This document shows positions 1 to 10,209 of a stretch of 50,200 nt of DNA, piece after piece. Source of the DNA: Flavobacterium sp. (GTDB taxonomy: Bacteria > Bacteroidota > Bacteroidia > Flavobacteriales > Flavobacteriaceae); NCBI GenBank assembly GCA_017988155.1, contig JAGNSF010000001.1, forward strand, positions 1 through 50,200. Direction: 5' to 3'. Numbering within the stretch: position 1 is the stretch's first letter; every line of letters starts with the position of its first letter. A program made the translations under genes and the position numbers. The notes below the pieces were generated by a model. The model was not told where the DNA came from. It saw only the letters and a list, made by a program, of their open reading frames with translations, and did no database searches.

Positions 1-1849
1 CTATACCATATGAAGGATTAAATTCAAAAGCAAAACGGTTGTTGTAATTCGAAGAGTAAAAAAAATAAGCGTTTATAACTTCCGGGATTTCAAGAAAACG
101 GGATTGATTTTGAGTTCTTGGTTCATAGAAATCATAGGTTTTTATTGGCCTAGCATTAAAACCACCACCATAATAGTTATTCTTTTTGGTCATAGAATTC
201 AAATTAAAATTCATGATTCCTTGTTGAATTCGACCAGATCTGTTGTCAAATTCTGAATAGAGATTGACGTAGATGTTAAACATGTTAAATGTTTTGGTAG
301 GTGTTAAAATACGGTAACTCCAATTGGAATATAAAGAATGATAATTGCTTTGAAATTGAATTCCCATATCATCTTTATCAAAATCTTTGGATATGTATTC
401 TGCACCTCCTCCATATTGGAATTTTCCACTAGTTTCGCCAAAAGTAATACTTGAACTATACCCCGTTTTGTGATCAATTCCGAAACCATTGATAACACTA
501 TATTTATAATCGCCAGTCAAGTTATAGGTATTTTTCTTTGTGTTTAAGTCAAATAAAAGTGCCGAAACATTTCCATCTCGTCCATTTCCATTTCGGGTCA
601 CATTGGTATTTATAAACGAAACAGATGAATTGGTTCCAAAACGTTGGTCCAAAACCAAAACGTTATAATTAGCCAAAGGTTCTAACAAGGCTTTACGTGT
701 TGCACCTGTTACATCGTTAGTGATAGTAGCTTCGGTTTTTTCAGTAACAGCATTTAAAACGCCAATTCCTAAACCGTTTTTTGTTCTTCCCGAAACTTTT
801 AAAGCGTTTAGTAAATTAACCTTTGCAGGATATTCGGTGAATGACTCGTTTGAAAATAAGTCAGGGTTAATAGTTGGGCTTCCGCCAATTCTTCGAGAAT
901 AAAACAAATCGCCTTTGCTAAACAATTCGGTGCCTTCAGTAAAAAACGGTCTATTTTCATTGAATTGTTGTTCAAAGGGTCCGAGGTTTAGTATTACATT
1001 GTCAAAAGTAGTTTGACCAAAGTCCGGCACTAATATGGCATCCAATGTAAAAGCATCATTTATTCCATATTTGATATCCACTCCGCCTTTTATATCTCCT
1101 TTTGTTTTTTGAGAAGCATTCGAATTAAGATAAAAAGAAGAATACGGAATTAGAAACAAACGAGTTGGAGTTGTTATGTTTTCAATACCATTCAGAACGC
1201 CCTCTTGATTTCCTCTCGAATTAATTTTGTTATCAATTAAATTCCAAGAATAGAAGGTTCGCGCTCTTCTAAAATCCCTTATAAAATTGATTCCCCAAGT
1301 TTGTTTTTTCTCAGAAGAAAATCGTAGTGCCGCATACGGAATTCGAATTTCTGCCGTCCATCCAAAGTCAGTAATTTGAGTTTTACTTTCCCAAATAGCA
1401 TTCCAAGAAGAGTCTTCACCATTAGTTTCGGTAAAAAGAAAATCTTCTTGAACTCCAGAAGCTCCAACAATAAAGCTAAATTCTTGTTGGCCATCATTAT
1501 AACCATTGATGAAAATACCCATTCGATCTGCTGTTCCAGAATTGTCGCGTTGGCTTAATTCTTTCATGATTTTAGTAGGTTCATCATCATACATGGTAGC
1601 AGCAAAATATACCGCTTCATTATCATACACAACACGAACTTCAGTACGATTGTTTTTTGGTTCAGGAGTCCCATTGTCAGGCATCCACATGACAAAATCT
1701 TTTGCAACATCCGCTTTTAGCCAAGCTCCTTCATCGAATTTCCCATCAATGATGATTTTTTCAGTAGTAAATTGAGTGGTCAAGGTTTTTTTTTGGCTAA
1801 AACCAAAATGGAATACTAATAAAAAAATAAGGCTGTAGGATAATTTCAT
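1..1849 (-). CDS. DUF5916 / CBM9-like domain secreted or outer-membrane protein (partial, runs off the window start)
   Basis: Not in the ORF track because it has no stop inside the window. ATG at 1849 reads MKLSYSLIFLLVFHFGFSQKKTLTTQFTTEKIIIDGKFDEGAW... (signal peptide plus a CBM9-like IDGxxDExxW motif), then WTAEIRIPYAALRF. Confidence 0.75.
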   Translation of the reverse strand, partial: MKLSYSLIFLLVFHFGFSQKKTLTTQFTTEKIIIDGKFDEGAWLKADVAKDFVMWMPDNGTPEPKNNRTEVRVVYDNEAVYFAATMYDDEPTKIMKELSQRDNSGTADRMGIFINGYNDGQQEFSFIVGASGVQEDFLFTETNGEDSSWNAIWESKTQITDFGWTAEIRIPYAALRFSSEKKQTWGINFIRDFRRARTFYSWNLIDNKINSRGNQEGVLNGIENITTPTRLFLIPYSSFYLNSNASQKTKGDIKGGVDIKYGINDAFTLDAILVPDFGQTTFDNVILNLGPFEQQFNENRPFFTEGTELFSKGDLFYSRRIGGSPTINPDLFSNESFTEYPAKVNLLNALKVSGRTKNGLGIGVLNAVTEKTEATITNDVTGATRKALLEPLANYNVLVLDQRFGTNSSVSFINTNVTRNGNGRDGNVSALLFDLNTKKNTYNLTGDYKYSVINGFGIDHKTGYSSSITFGETSGKFQYGGGAEYISKDFDKDDMGIQFQSNYHSLYSNWSYRILTPTKTFNMFNIYVNLYSEFDNRSGRIQQGIMNFNLNSMTKKNNYYGGGFNARPIKTYDFYEPRTQNQSRFLEIPEVINAYFFYSSNYNNRFAFEFNPSYGI

Positions 1850-2021
1850 ATTTCAGGGATAATAAGACTATAATAAATGGTACAACGTAATTTATTTAAA
1901 TAAATTGGATTGTCTTGCATTAGTCTTATTTGTGAAAATTTGTTACAGATTCAATGAACTAATCTAATATAATTATGTTTAGAATTTCTTGTTTATTTTC
2001 CATCAAAATTAGTTTTACTAT

Positions 2022-2468
2022 TTACCCCATAACTTTTTTATTCATTAAGAAATGAGGACCAACCTCTTTAATTTCAAATTCAGAGCCCACTATTTCAAAC
2101 CCCATTTTTTTGTAAAAGCCTACGGCTGAGGTTCTCGCATTGAACCAAATCAGCGTAGCATTCTCGTTCCTACAAAAGTCTTCTGCTTTGTGAACAAGAG
2201 TTTCTCCAACACCTTGTTTTTGATGAGAATCTATAACTGCCATACCTCTAATTTGAAAAGACTTTCCAGCTCCTAAATTTAAATTTTCAGCTTCAAATAA
2301 AGAGACAACTCCTATGAGTTGATCTGCTGCAAAACACCCAAAATGATGCGTTGAAACTAATTCATCTCCTTCAAAATGACAACTTTCAATGGGTTTGCCA
2401 GCTCTTAAAACCAAATGTCTTACGGGATAGGAGTCTAGTGCAGTAATTTTTTTAATAAAATAGTTCAT
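2022..2468 (-). CDS. GNAT family N-acetyltransferase
   Basis: IRGMAV..HQKQGVG acetyl-CoA motif A; NARTSAVGFYKKMGF motif B. Confidence 0.9.
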   Translation of the reverse strand: MNYFIKKITALDSYPVRHLVLRAGKPIESCHFEGDELVSTHHFGCFAADQLIGVVSLFEAENLNLGAGKSFQIRGMAVIDSHQKQGVGETLVHKAEDFCRNENATLIWFNARTSAVGFYKKMGFEIVGSEFEIKEVGPHFLMNKKVMG

Positions 2469-2617
2469 TAATTTCAGAGTGAAGTTAGTGCAAATTAAAG
2501 AGATAATAATTTCATACTAAAATATTTATGAAAAAAGGCACAATGATTTTCCTCAAATTTTAATTGTTTAGTTTTTATTTTTTTGAAAAAAACTTGCAAT
2601 CATGAAAACTTATTATT

Positions 2618-2625
2618 TATATTTG
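2618..2625 (+). promoter_or_regulatory. Bacteroidota -7 promoter element (TAnnTTTG) of the tRNA-Gly pair
   Basis: TATATTTG 12 nt upstream of the first tRNA. Confidence 0.7.
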
Positions 2626-2637
2626 CACCGTTGTAAT

Positions 2638-2710
<73 letters not shown>

Positions 2711-2712
2711 CT

Positions 2713-2741
2713 AAAGCCTCAAATCTTATTTGAGGTTTTTT
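2713..2741 (+). terminator. Intrinsic terminator-like hairpin between the two tRNA-Gly genes
   Basis: AAAGCCTCAAAT-CTT-ATTTGAGGTTTT followed by a T run. Confidence 0.6.
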
Positions 2742-2755
2742 ATTTAATTTTTTCT

Positions 2756-2828
<73 letters not shown>

Positions 2829-2833
2829 CTTCT

Positions 2834-2862
2834 AAGCCGAAACTTATGTTTCGGCTTTTTTT
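2834..2862 (+). terminator. Intrinsic terminator between tRNA-Gly and convergent pepE
   Basis: AAGCCGAAAC-TTAT-GTTTCGGCTT followed by a T run. Confidence 0.75.
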
Positions 2863-3568
2863 ATTTCACAAAACGTAAATCGGTTCCGTTTTCTAATTCC
2901 TCAGGCTCTTGGTTTTGTTTAAAAAGACGTGCTTTGAGATTACCTTTCAATGTAATCGTTTCTCCTTTTATATCTAACCAACTTCCTTCACGTAATCCTA
3001 AAACGGGTATAGAATTGAAGGTATGAAATTCTTTAATTCGATCTTCTCTGCTTTCTCCCATATGATTGGAAGGCTTGTCATTATCGATATAATGCGGATT
3101 TAAATTAAAAGGAATCATACCTAAAGTTTGAAAGCTTGGCGGGTAAACTATTGGCATATCATTAGTTGTTTGAATTGTTAATCCCGCAATATTACTACCA
3201 GCACTGGTGCCTAAATAAGGTGTACCGTTTTTTAGTTTTTGTGCTAAAACTTCCATCAAATTGTTTTTGTACAATTGGGAAACCAACACAAATGTATTGC
3301 CACCTCCTGCAAAAATTCCTTCTGCATTTTGAATTGCTTCTATCGGATTTTCAAATTCATGAATGCCATTTACAGTAATGTTTATTTTGGCAAAAGCCAA
3401 GGCTACTTTGGCAGTATACTCGTCGTGAGTCATTCCGCCAGATCGAGCATAAGGAATGAACAGTAAAGTTTTACAATCCTTAAAATGGGCTTGTAGTTCA
3501 GGGAATAAGTATTCCAAAAAACCGCTTCCATATACTGTTGAGGTACTTGCTAATAGTATGTTTTTCAT
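2861..3568 (-). CDS. pepE: Dipeptidase E (peptidase S51)
   Basis: LLASTST, FIPYA, GGGNTF, GTSAGSN catalytic Ser, NPHY, GESREDRIKEFH, GLREGSWL. Start moved to ATG 3568 (MKNILLAST). Confidence 0.93.
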   Translation of the reverse strand: MKNILLASTSTVYGSGFLEYLFPELQAHFKDCKTLLFIPYARSGGMTHDEYTAKVALAFAKINITVNGIHEFENPIEAIQNAEGIFAGGGNTFVLVSQLYKNNLMEVLAQKLKNGTPYLGTSAGSNIAGLTIQTTNDMPIVYPPSFQTLGMIPFNLNPHYIDNDKPSNHMGESREDRIKEFHTFNSIPVLGLREGSWLDIKGETITLKGNLKARLFKQNQEPEELENGTDLRFVK

Positions 3569-3709
3569 CTTAAAACTAATTAATAGAAGAGTAAAGGTAC
3601 ACATTCCCATTTTTTAATTAACAAATATTTACCAACTCATTAGTAATTAATTTGGAGGTCAGACGACTACTTTTGTGCATTACTTTAAGTAATTGGAAAT
3701 GGCCAACCT

Positions 3710-4438
3710 ATGATTCGTATAATTTGTTTTATTGTTTTTTGGTGTACAACTCAGCTTTTTGGGCAATCCAATATTGTTGTAGAATGTCATGGTAAAGTCA
3801 ATTCCGACATGTCTAATTTAGAAGGTATTTATGTAATCAATTTAAATAATGAAAATGCCGCTATAACAGATACAAAAGGTTATTTTAGTATTAAAGCAAA
3901 CGTTGGAGATAATTTGCTTTTTTCTTCAGTTCAATTTAAGTCGGTAAATAAAATAATATCTACACAGGATCTTAGCCATTTATTTTTTGTCAACATGCAT
4001 CCCATTATGAATGAGTTGAGAGAAGTGGTAGTAAAACGACCATCAGTTTCGGCAGAATCTTTGGGAATTATACCTTATGGTCAGAAAAAGTATACTCCTG
4101 CAGAAAGAAAATATGCAGCTGCATCTTCTGGGAGGTTAAATCCCATGGGGTTAGATCCATTATTAAACTATTTTTCAGGACGAACAGCCATGTTAAAGAA
4201 AGAACTAGAAGTAGAAAAAAAAGAAGGCTATTTAGTTCAGCTTGAAAACCTATTTGATAAAAATCATTATGTGAATACACTACATATACCTTCGGATTAC
4301 GTAAAAGGCTTTTTGTATTTTGCGGTAGAAAATCCAAAGTTCACAAGAGTTTTAAAAACCAAAAACCGCACTTCTATTGAGTTTTTGATGAGTGAATTAG
4401 CAGTTCAGTATAAAGAAATTATTAAAGCTAATAAGTAG
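3710..4438 (+). CDS. Secreted protein with carboxypeptidase-regulatory-like N-terminal domain
   Basis: Signal peptide; GKV..YVINLN..TDTKGYFSI..GDNLLFSSVQF..LREVVV pattern common in Flavobacterium. Confidence 0.7.
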   Translation: MIRIICFIVFWCTTQLFGQSNIVVECHGKVNSDMSNLEGIYVINLNNENAAITDTKGYFSIKANVGDNLLFSSVQFKSVNKIISTQDLSHLFFVNMHPIMNELREVVVKRPSVSAESLGIIPYGQKKYTPAERKYAAASSGRLNPMGLDPLLNYFSGRTAMLKKELEVEKKEGYLVQLENLFDKNHYVNTLHIPSDYVKGFLYFAVENPKFTRVLKTKNRTSIEFLMSELAVQYKEIIKANK

Positions 4439-4500
4439 AATTAATGTCATTTGCTGTTTGATTTCATTTGTTGTATCAAAACAATTCCTATTTTTGAAAG

Positions 4501-5004
4501 ATGAAAAAAACAGTACTTCTTACTTTTTTAAGTCTTTTACTTTGCAGCTTTTCGGCTATTGAAGCACATAAATTTTATATGGCAATTTTTCAGGTAAATT
4601 ACGCTCCTGAGAAAAAGATGCTCCAAGTTACCTCTCGAATTTTTATTGACGATTTGAATTTGGCTCTCGAAAAAAAATACGGTAAAAAAACATTTTTGGG
4701 TTCTGAAAAAGAATCGAATGAGGATATAACCAATCTTAAGAAATATTTTACAGAGAATTTGATTTTTAAAGTAAATGGTCAAACAAAATCCGTTCTTTTT
4801 TTAAGTAAAGAACTAGAGGGAGACTTATTGATTTGTTATTGTCGCGTAACTGATGTTGCGAAATTTAATTCTGTAGAGATTACCAACACTGTCTTAACAC
4901 ATTGGAATTCAGAACAGCAAAATATTTTGCATTTTAACGTATTTGGTGAAAAGAAAACGTTTCTTTTTACAGCTTCCAACAAAACTGAAGTGTTAAAATT
5001 GTAA
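4501..5004 (+). CDS. DUF6702-like secreted protein
   Basis: Signal peptide then HKFYMAI..RIFIDDL; typically lies upstream of an M1 peptidase in flavobacteria. Confidence 0.65.
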   Translation: MKKTVLLTFLSLLLCSFSAIEAHKFYMAIFQVNYAPEKKMLQVTSRIFIDDLNLALEKKYGKKTFLGSEKESNEDITNLKKYFTENLIFKVNGQTKSVLFLSKELEGDLLICYCRVTDVAKFNSVEITNTVLTHWNSEQQNILHFNVFGEKKTFLFTASNKTEVLKL

Positions 5005-5060
5005 TTATTATTAGTCATTTTGTTTAAAATCATTATTTTCACAAGCTAAAATTCCCCGAA

Positions 5061-7304
5061 ATGAAAAAAATCGCTTTATTATTACTGTTTCCAGTAATTG
5101 TATTGGCTCAAGAGAAGCCTGCTGCCGTAGCTCCAAAACAAACTGGAAGGTATGACACGAATAAGTTCAGTCAGATGTACGATTTGTTGGCTACGCCAAA
5201 TATGTATCGTTCTGCTTCAGGTGCGCCTGGACCAGCCTATTATCAGCAACAAGCAGATTATAAGATTAATATTGAATTAGATGATAAAAATTCAAAATTA
5301 ATGGGTTCTGAAACGGTAACCTACACTAATAATTCGCCGGATACATTAGAGTATTTATGGGTGCAATTGGATCAAAATCAACAAGCTAAAACCTCTCAAA
5401 CTCCTTTGGCAGAAAGCCAAAGAATTGACCAGGTGTTGCCAGCAGAAAAATTTGCTTCGGATTATTTAAAACAAAAACCAGATCGTGGATTTCATATCGA
5501 ATATGTGAAAGATGTTAAGGGAACTCCTTTATTGTATACCATTAACCAAACGATGATGCGAATTAATTTGCCTGTTCCAATGAAGCCAGGAACTACTTTT
5601 ACCTTTTCTACAAAATGGTGGTACAACATTAACAATTATAGAAAAGAAGGAGGACGTTCGGGTTATGAAGCTTTTGAAAAAGATGATAATAAAATCTATG
5701 TAATTGCTCAGTTTTACCCAAGAATGGCAGTATATAATGACGTAGAGGGATGGCAAAATATGCAATTCTGGGGAACTGGAGAGTTTGCCTTGCCTTTTGG
5801 AAACTTTGATGTAAATATTACAGTTCCTGCTGACCATATTATTGAAGCTACTGGAGAGTTAACCAACCGTGCTGAGGTATTTACACCAGAGCAATTAAAA
5901 CGATATGAATTAGCTCAAAGAACTTTTGATAAACCAGTTGTGATTGTTACTCAAGAAGAAGCAACAGCAGCCGAAAAAGGATTTTCAGACAAGAAAAAAA
6001 CATGGAAATTCAGCGCTAAAAATGTAAGAGATTTTGGAATTGCCTCTTCAAGAAAATTTATTTTTGATGCTATGGCTGTGAAATTAAGTACAAAAACGGT
6101 TATGGCTACTTCTGTTTATCCAAAAGAAGCAAATCCGCTATGGGGAGAAACTTCTACACGTACTGTAGCACATACTTTAAAGAGCTATTCGTCTCATACA
6201 TTTGATTATCCTTATCCAAAAGCGGTTTCTGTTTCGGCAGAAGATCAAGGAATGGAATACCCAATGATTTGTTGGAATTTTGGGCGTCCTGACGAGAATG
6301 GCGTAACAAGTGAGCAAGTTAAAAACGGAATGATAGGTGTTGTAGTACATGAAGTTGGACACAACTTTTTTCCGATGATTGTGAATTCAGATGAACGTCA
6401 ATGGTCATGGATGGATGAAGGTTTAAACTCTTTTATGGAGTACATGGCTGAACAAGAATTAGGGGTTAACTTCCCGTCTAGACGTGGTCCAGCTAAAAAC
6501 ATTGTTCCGTACATGAGCGGTGACCAAAAGTTCTTAGAGCCAATTATGTCTAACTCTGAAACTATTTATCAGTTTGGTAATAATGCATACGGAAAACCGG
6601 CAACTGGATTAAATATTTTGAGAGAAACCATTATGGGACGTGAATTATTTGATCATGCTTTTAAAGTATATGCCAACAGATGGAAATTCAAACATCCAAC
6701 CCCAGAAGACTTTTTTAGAACAATGGAAGATGCTTCTGCTTTTGATTTAGATTGGTTTATTAGAGGTTGGTTTTACTCGACAGATTTCGTAGATATTGGG
6801 GTGGAAGAGGTGAAACAATATTACGTTTCTGAAACAGCAACTTCTGATTTGAAAGATGTTAAAGTGAGAAAAGGACGTTTTGGTCTAGAAAAAGGACCTT
6901 TTGTATATTTGGTTTCAGGACAAAATACGGAGTTGAATCCTAATGATAAAAAAGCCTTAAAAATTCAAGATGTTAAATTACTTTCTGACTATGTAGATCA
7001 AAATCTATCTGCTGAAGAAAAAGCAAATTTGAAAGCGCCAAATTATTTTTACGAAGTAACTTTTAACAAACCGGGCGGAATGTTAATGCCAATTCTAGTG
7101 GAATTAACATATGAAGATGATACTAAAGAAAACTTTAAGTATCCAGCTCAAATTTGGAGAAAAAATAATGATACAGCTCGAAAAGTATTTGCTACTCAAA
7201 AAGCAGTAAAGAAAATTCAAATAGATCCAAAATTAGAAACAGCAGATATTGATGTCACTAATAACACTTGGCCAAAACAAGAAGAAAAATCAAAATTTGA
7301 ATAA
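5061..7304 (+). CDS. M1 family zinc metallopeptidase
   Basis: GMEYP motif, HEVGH zinc motif, WMDEG third ligand; signal peptide. Confidence 0.92.
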   Translation: MKKIALLLLFPVIVLAQEKPAAVAPKQTGRYDTNKFSQMYDLLATPNMYRSASGAPGPAYYQQQADYKINIELDDKNSKLMGSETVTYTNNSPDTLEYLWVQLDQNQQAKTSQTPLAESQRIDQVLPAEKFASDYLKQKPDRGFHIEYVKDVKGTPLLYTINQTMMRINLPVPMKPGTTFTFSTKWWYNINNYRKEGGRSGYEAFEKDDNKIYVIAQFYPRMAVYNDVEGWQNMQFWGTGEFALPFGNFDVNITVPADHIIEATGELTNRAEVFTPEQLKRYELAQRTFDKPVVIVTQEEATAAEKGFSDKKKTWKFSAKNVRDFGIASSRKFIFDAMAVKLSTKTVMATSVYPKEANPLWGETSTRTVAHTLKSYSSHTFDYPYPKAVSVSAEDQGMEYPMICWNFGRPDENGVTSEQVKNGMIGVVVHEVGHNFFPMIVNSDERQWSWMDEGLNSFMEYMAEQELGVNFPSRRGPAKNIVPYMSGDQKFLEPIMSNSETIYQFGNNAYGKPATGLNILRETIMGRELFDHAFKVYANRWKFKHPTPEDFFRTMEDASAFDLDWFIRGWFYSTDFVDIGVEEVKQYYVSETATSDLKDVKVRKGRFGLEKGPFVYLVSGQNTELNPNDKKALKIQDVKLLSDYVDQNLSAEEKANLKAPNYFYEVTFNKPGGMLMPILVELTYEDDTKENFKYPAQIWRKNNDTARKVFATQKAVKKIQIDPKLETADIDVTNNTWPKQEEKSKFE

Positions 7305-7312
7305 ACTAAATT

Positions 7313-7342
7313 AAATAAAGGCTCCAATTGGAGCCTTTATTT
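7313..7342 (+). terminator. Terminator (perfect 30-bp palindrome)
   Basis: AAATAAAGGCTCCAA|TTGGAGCCTTTATTT followed by a T run. Confidence 0.75.
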
Positions 7343-7412
7343 TTTTATGATAATTTTAAAATAGTCCGACCTGAAATTTGGTATATTTGTGACCAAGAAA
7401 AAATAATTAATT

Positions 7413-7814
7413 ATGTTTGGTATAGGTGGAGGTGAATTGATTTTCATCATGTTTATTGTTCTTATGCTTTTTGGGTCTGATAAAATTCCTGAAATAGCGA
7501 GAACTGTGGGTAAAACAATGGCACAAATCAAAAATGCTACAAATGATATAAAGTCTGAGATCCAAAAAGGAGCTGAGGCTAATGGATTTGATAAACAATC
7601 ACTAGCTGATTTGACAGGAAACATCACTGCAGAAATTGACAAAGCAAAAGAAAACTTACTAGGCGATACAAGTGTAGTCAAAGATTTTTCTAATTCAGTT
7701 AATTCAGAAATCAAACAAGTGGAACAAGGACTTACTAGTATGGAAAACACAACTGAAGCTCCTGATTTGAATCAAATTCCAGATATAGAAGGTCCAATTA
7801 AACGTCAAGTCTAA
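7413..7814 (+). CDS. Twin-arginine translocase TatA/TatB family subunit
   Basis: MFGIGGGELIFI..LFGSDKIPEIARTVGK: TM helix, FG hinge, amphipathic helix; TATATTTG promoter at 7382. Confidence 0.88.
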   Translation: MFGIGGGELIFIMFIVLMLFGSDKIPEIARTVGKTMAQIKNATNDIKSEIQKGAEANGFDKQSLADLTGNITAEIDKAKENLLGDTSVVKDFSNSVNSEIKQVEQGLTSMENTTEAPDLNQIPDIEGPIKRQV

Positions 7815-8380
7815 TGCTTGAGAAATTACTTCAGTTGGATGTTCAATTATTAGTTTTTTTGAACAGTTTAGGCTCTACAACCTATGACGGACTTTGGCTA
7901 TTTATTACCAAGCAATCCAATTGGACTCCATTTTTTTTAGTGCTATTGTATTTGGTCTATAAAAAAATAGGGATAAAATCTACACTTTATTTATTGTTGT
8001 TTGTTACGCTATTGTTAGTTGTAACAGATCAAACCACCAATCTTTTTAAAGTTACTTTTCAACGTTTAAGACCCTGTAATAATCCGGAAATAAATTCCAT
8101 TATCCGATTGGTCAAACCAAGTAACTCGTTCAGTTTCTTTTCGGGTCATGCAGCTAATTCTATGGCAACGATGACTTTCTTATTCTTGATTTTGAAAAAG
8201 CAGTATCGTTACGCTTTTCTGATATTTTTATTCCCTTTGATTTTTGCCTATAGCCGAATTTACTTAGGATTGCATTATCCGTTGGATATTTTAACGGGAT
8301 ATTTGGTTGGTGCTACTTTTGGATTTGTAACCTACAAATTGTATCAAAAATACGTTTTAAAGAATTCTCGAAACAGTTAA
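7814..8380 (+). CDS. PAP2 family phosphatase
   Basis: K..FQRLRP, FSGHA and SRIYLGLHYPLD motifs. Confidence 0.92.
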   Translation: MLEKLLQLDVQLLVFLNSLGSTTYDGLWLFITKQSNWTPFFLVLLYLVYKKIGIKSTLYLLLFVTLLLVVTDQTTNLFKVTFQRLRPCNNPEINSIIRLVKPSNSFSFFSGHAANSMATMTFLFLILKKQYRYAFLIFLFPLIFAYSRIYLGLHYPLDILTGYLVGATFGFVTYKLYQKYVLKNSRNS

Positions 8381-8998
8381 ACCATCTCGAATAGGTAGCA
8401 AAACCGTTTCTACTCTTGGGTCATTTTTAAGTAATTGATTGTACTCTAAAAGAATTTTGGTACTCAAATCATTTTTTTGTAACGGTTCCAAAACTTTACC
8501 ACTCCACAAAACATTATCCGATAAAATGATGCCGCCTTTATTCATTTTTGGGACAATCATTTCAAAATAATTTATGTAGTTTTCTTTGTCGGCATCAATA
8601 AAGACCAAATCGAATTTCATGTTAAGATTAGGGATAATAGCAACGGCTTCACCCAAATGCTGGACAATTTGCTTTCCCCAAGGCGATTTGTCAAAATGTT
8701 TGCGTTGAAAATCGACTAATTCTTCTTTGATGTCAATGGTGTGTAATTGTCCGTTTTCTTGCATTCCCTCGCACAAACATAGAGCAGAATAACCTGTGTA
8801 GGTGCCAATTTCAAGAATGTTTACTGGTCGAATCAATTTAGACAACATACTCAAAACACGTCCCTGAAAATGTCCGCTCAGCATTCTGGGTAACAAAATT
8901 TTCTGATAGGTTTCTTTGTTCAAATCCGCTAAAAGTTGCGGTTCTTTTTCAGAATGTTGTTCGATATAATCTTCGAGTTCTTGAGAAATGAAGTGCAT
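8357..8998 (-). CDS. SAM-dependent O-methyltransferase (caffeoyl-CoA OMT-like)
   Basis: LEIGTYTGYS, FDLVFIDADK, DNVLWSG, PIRDG. Confidence 0.92.
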   Translation of the reverse strand: MHFISQELEDYIEQHSEKEPQLLADLNKETYQKILLPRMLSGHFQGRVLSMLSKLIRPVNILEIGTYTGYSALCLCEGMQENGQLHTIDIKEELVDFQRKHFDKSPWGKQIVQHLGEAVAIIPNLNMKFDLVFIDADKENYINYFEMIVPKMNKGGIILSDNVLWSGKVLEPLQKNDLSTKILLEYNQLLKNDPRVETVLLPIRDGLTVSRIL

Positions 8999-9104
8999 TG
9001 TATAGTTTTTTCAATTAGTGCAAAGTTATCAAATTATCAAATTGCACCCATGCATTTATCTGAATTGATGAAATAAATCAACAAATACTCCTTAAATTTG
9101 CGCC

Positions 9105-10145
9105 ATGCAAATCGAGAAAAAAGACATACGAGCCTTATCCAAAGAACAATTGCGTGATTTTTTTGTTTCCAATGGAGACAAAGCATTTCGCGGTAACCAA
9201 GTTTATGAATGGTTGTGGAGTAAAGGTGCGCACACTTTTGAAGATATGACGAATGTGGCTAAGCCTACTCGTCAGATGCTTGAAGAACATTTTGTTATCA
9301 ATCATATCAAAGTGGATACAATGCAGCGCAGTGAAGACGGTACAGTTAAAAATGCTGTTCGTTTGCACGACGGATTGATTGTTGAATCTGTTTTAATTCC
9401 TACCGAAACCCGAACTACGGCTTGTGTTTCCAGTCAGGTGGGATGTAGTTTGGATTGTAACTTTTGTGCTACCGCTAGATTAAAGCGAATGCGTAATTTG
9501 GAACCAGGCGAAATTTATGACCAAGTGGTTGCGATAGATAGGGAAAGTCGTTTGTATTACAATCACCCCTTATCGAATATTGTTTTTATGGGAATGGGTG
9601 AGCCTTTGATGAATTATAACAATGTTATCAAAGCAATTGATATGATTACTTCGCCAGAAGGTTTAGGAATGTCTCCCAAACGAATTATGGTTTCGACTTC
9701 GGGTGTGCCAAAAATGATTAAGAAATTAGCAGATGATGAGGTCAAATTCAAATTGGCGGTTTCTTTACATTCGGCAATTGATGAAATCCGTTCTCGTATT
9801 ATGCCTTTTAGCGAAAATTTTCCGTTGGCTGATTTGCGTGAAGCACTAGAATATTGGTACCGAAAAACCAAAAGCAAAATTTCGTACGAATATGTAGTTT
9901 GGAAAGGAATTAATGATGACAAAGCTTCGGTGGATGCTTTAGTCAAATTCTGTAAGTATGTACCTTGCAAAGTGAATCTAATTGAGTACAATCCAATTGA
10001 TGATGGCGAATTTCAACAAGCCTCAGAAGAAGCTATTGCAGCTTATATTAAAGGATTAGAAGCTATTGGTATCGTAGTAAAAGTAAGAAGAAGTCGTGGA
10101 AAAGATATTGATGCGGCTTGCGGTCAATTGGCAAACAAATCCTAA
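9105..10145 (+). CDS. rlmN: 23S rRNA m2A2503 / tRNA methyltransferase RlmN (radical SAM)
   Basis: CSLDCNFC CxxxCxxC, MGMGEPL, DIDAACGQL. Confidence 0.97.
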   Translation: MQIEKKDIRALSKEQLRDFFVSNGDKAFRGNQVYEWLWSKGAHTFEDMTNVAKPTRQMLEEHFVINHIKVDTMQRSEDGTVKNAVRLHDGLIVESVLIPTETRTTACVSSQVGCSLDCNFCATARLKRMRNLEPGEIYDQVVAIDRESRLYYNHPLSNIVFMGMGEPLMNYNNVIKAIDMITSPEGLGMSPKRIMVSTSGVPKMIKKLADDEVKFKLAVSLHSAIDEIRSRIMPFSENFPLADLREALEYWYRKTKSKISYEYVVWKGINDDKASVDALVKFCKYVPCKVNLIEYNPIDDGEFQQASEEAIAAYIKGLEAIGIVVKVRRSRGKDIDAACGQLANKS

Positions 10146-10209
10146 ATTCATCCTAATTTAATGTGTGCATTGGCTTTGAAAAAATAATCATTTTGTATCT
10201 TTGGAGTCA

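Noticed and set aside
304-1775. Five short ORFs in the track
   Set aside because: They are shadow or out-of-frame ORFs of the long minus-strand gene that starts at 1849.
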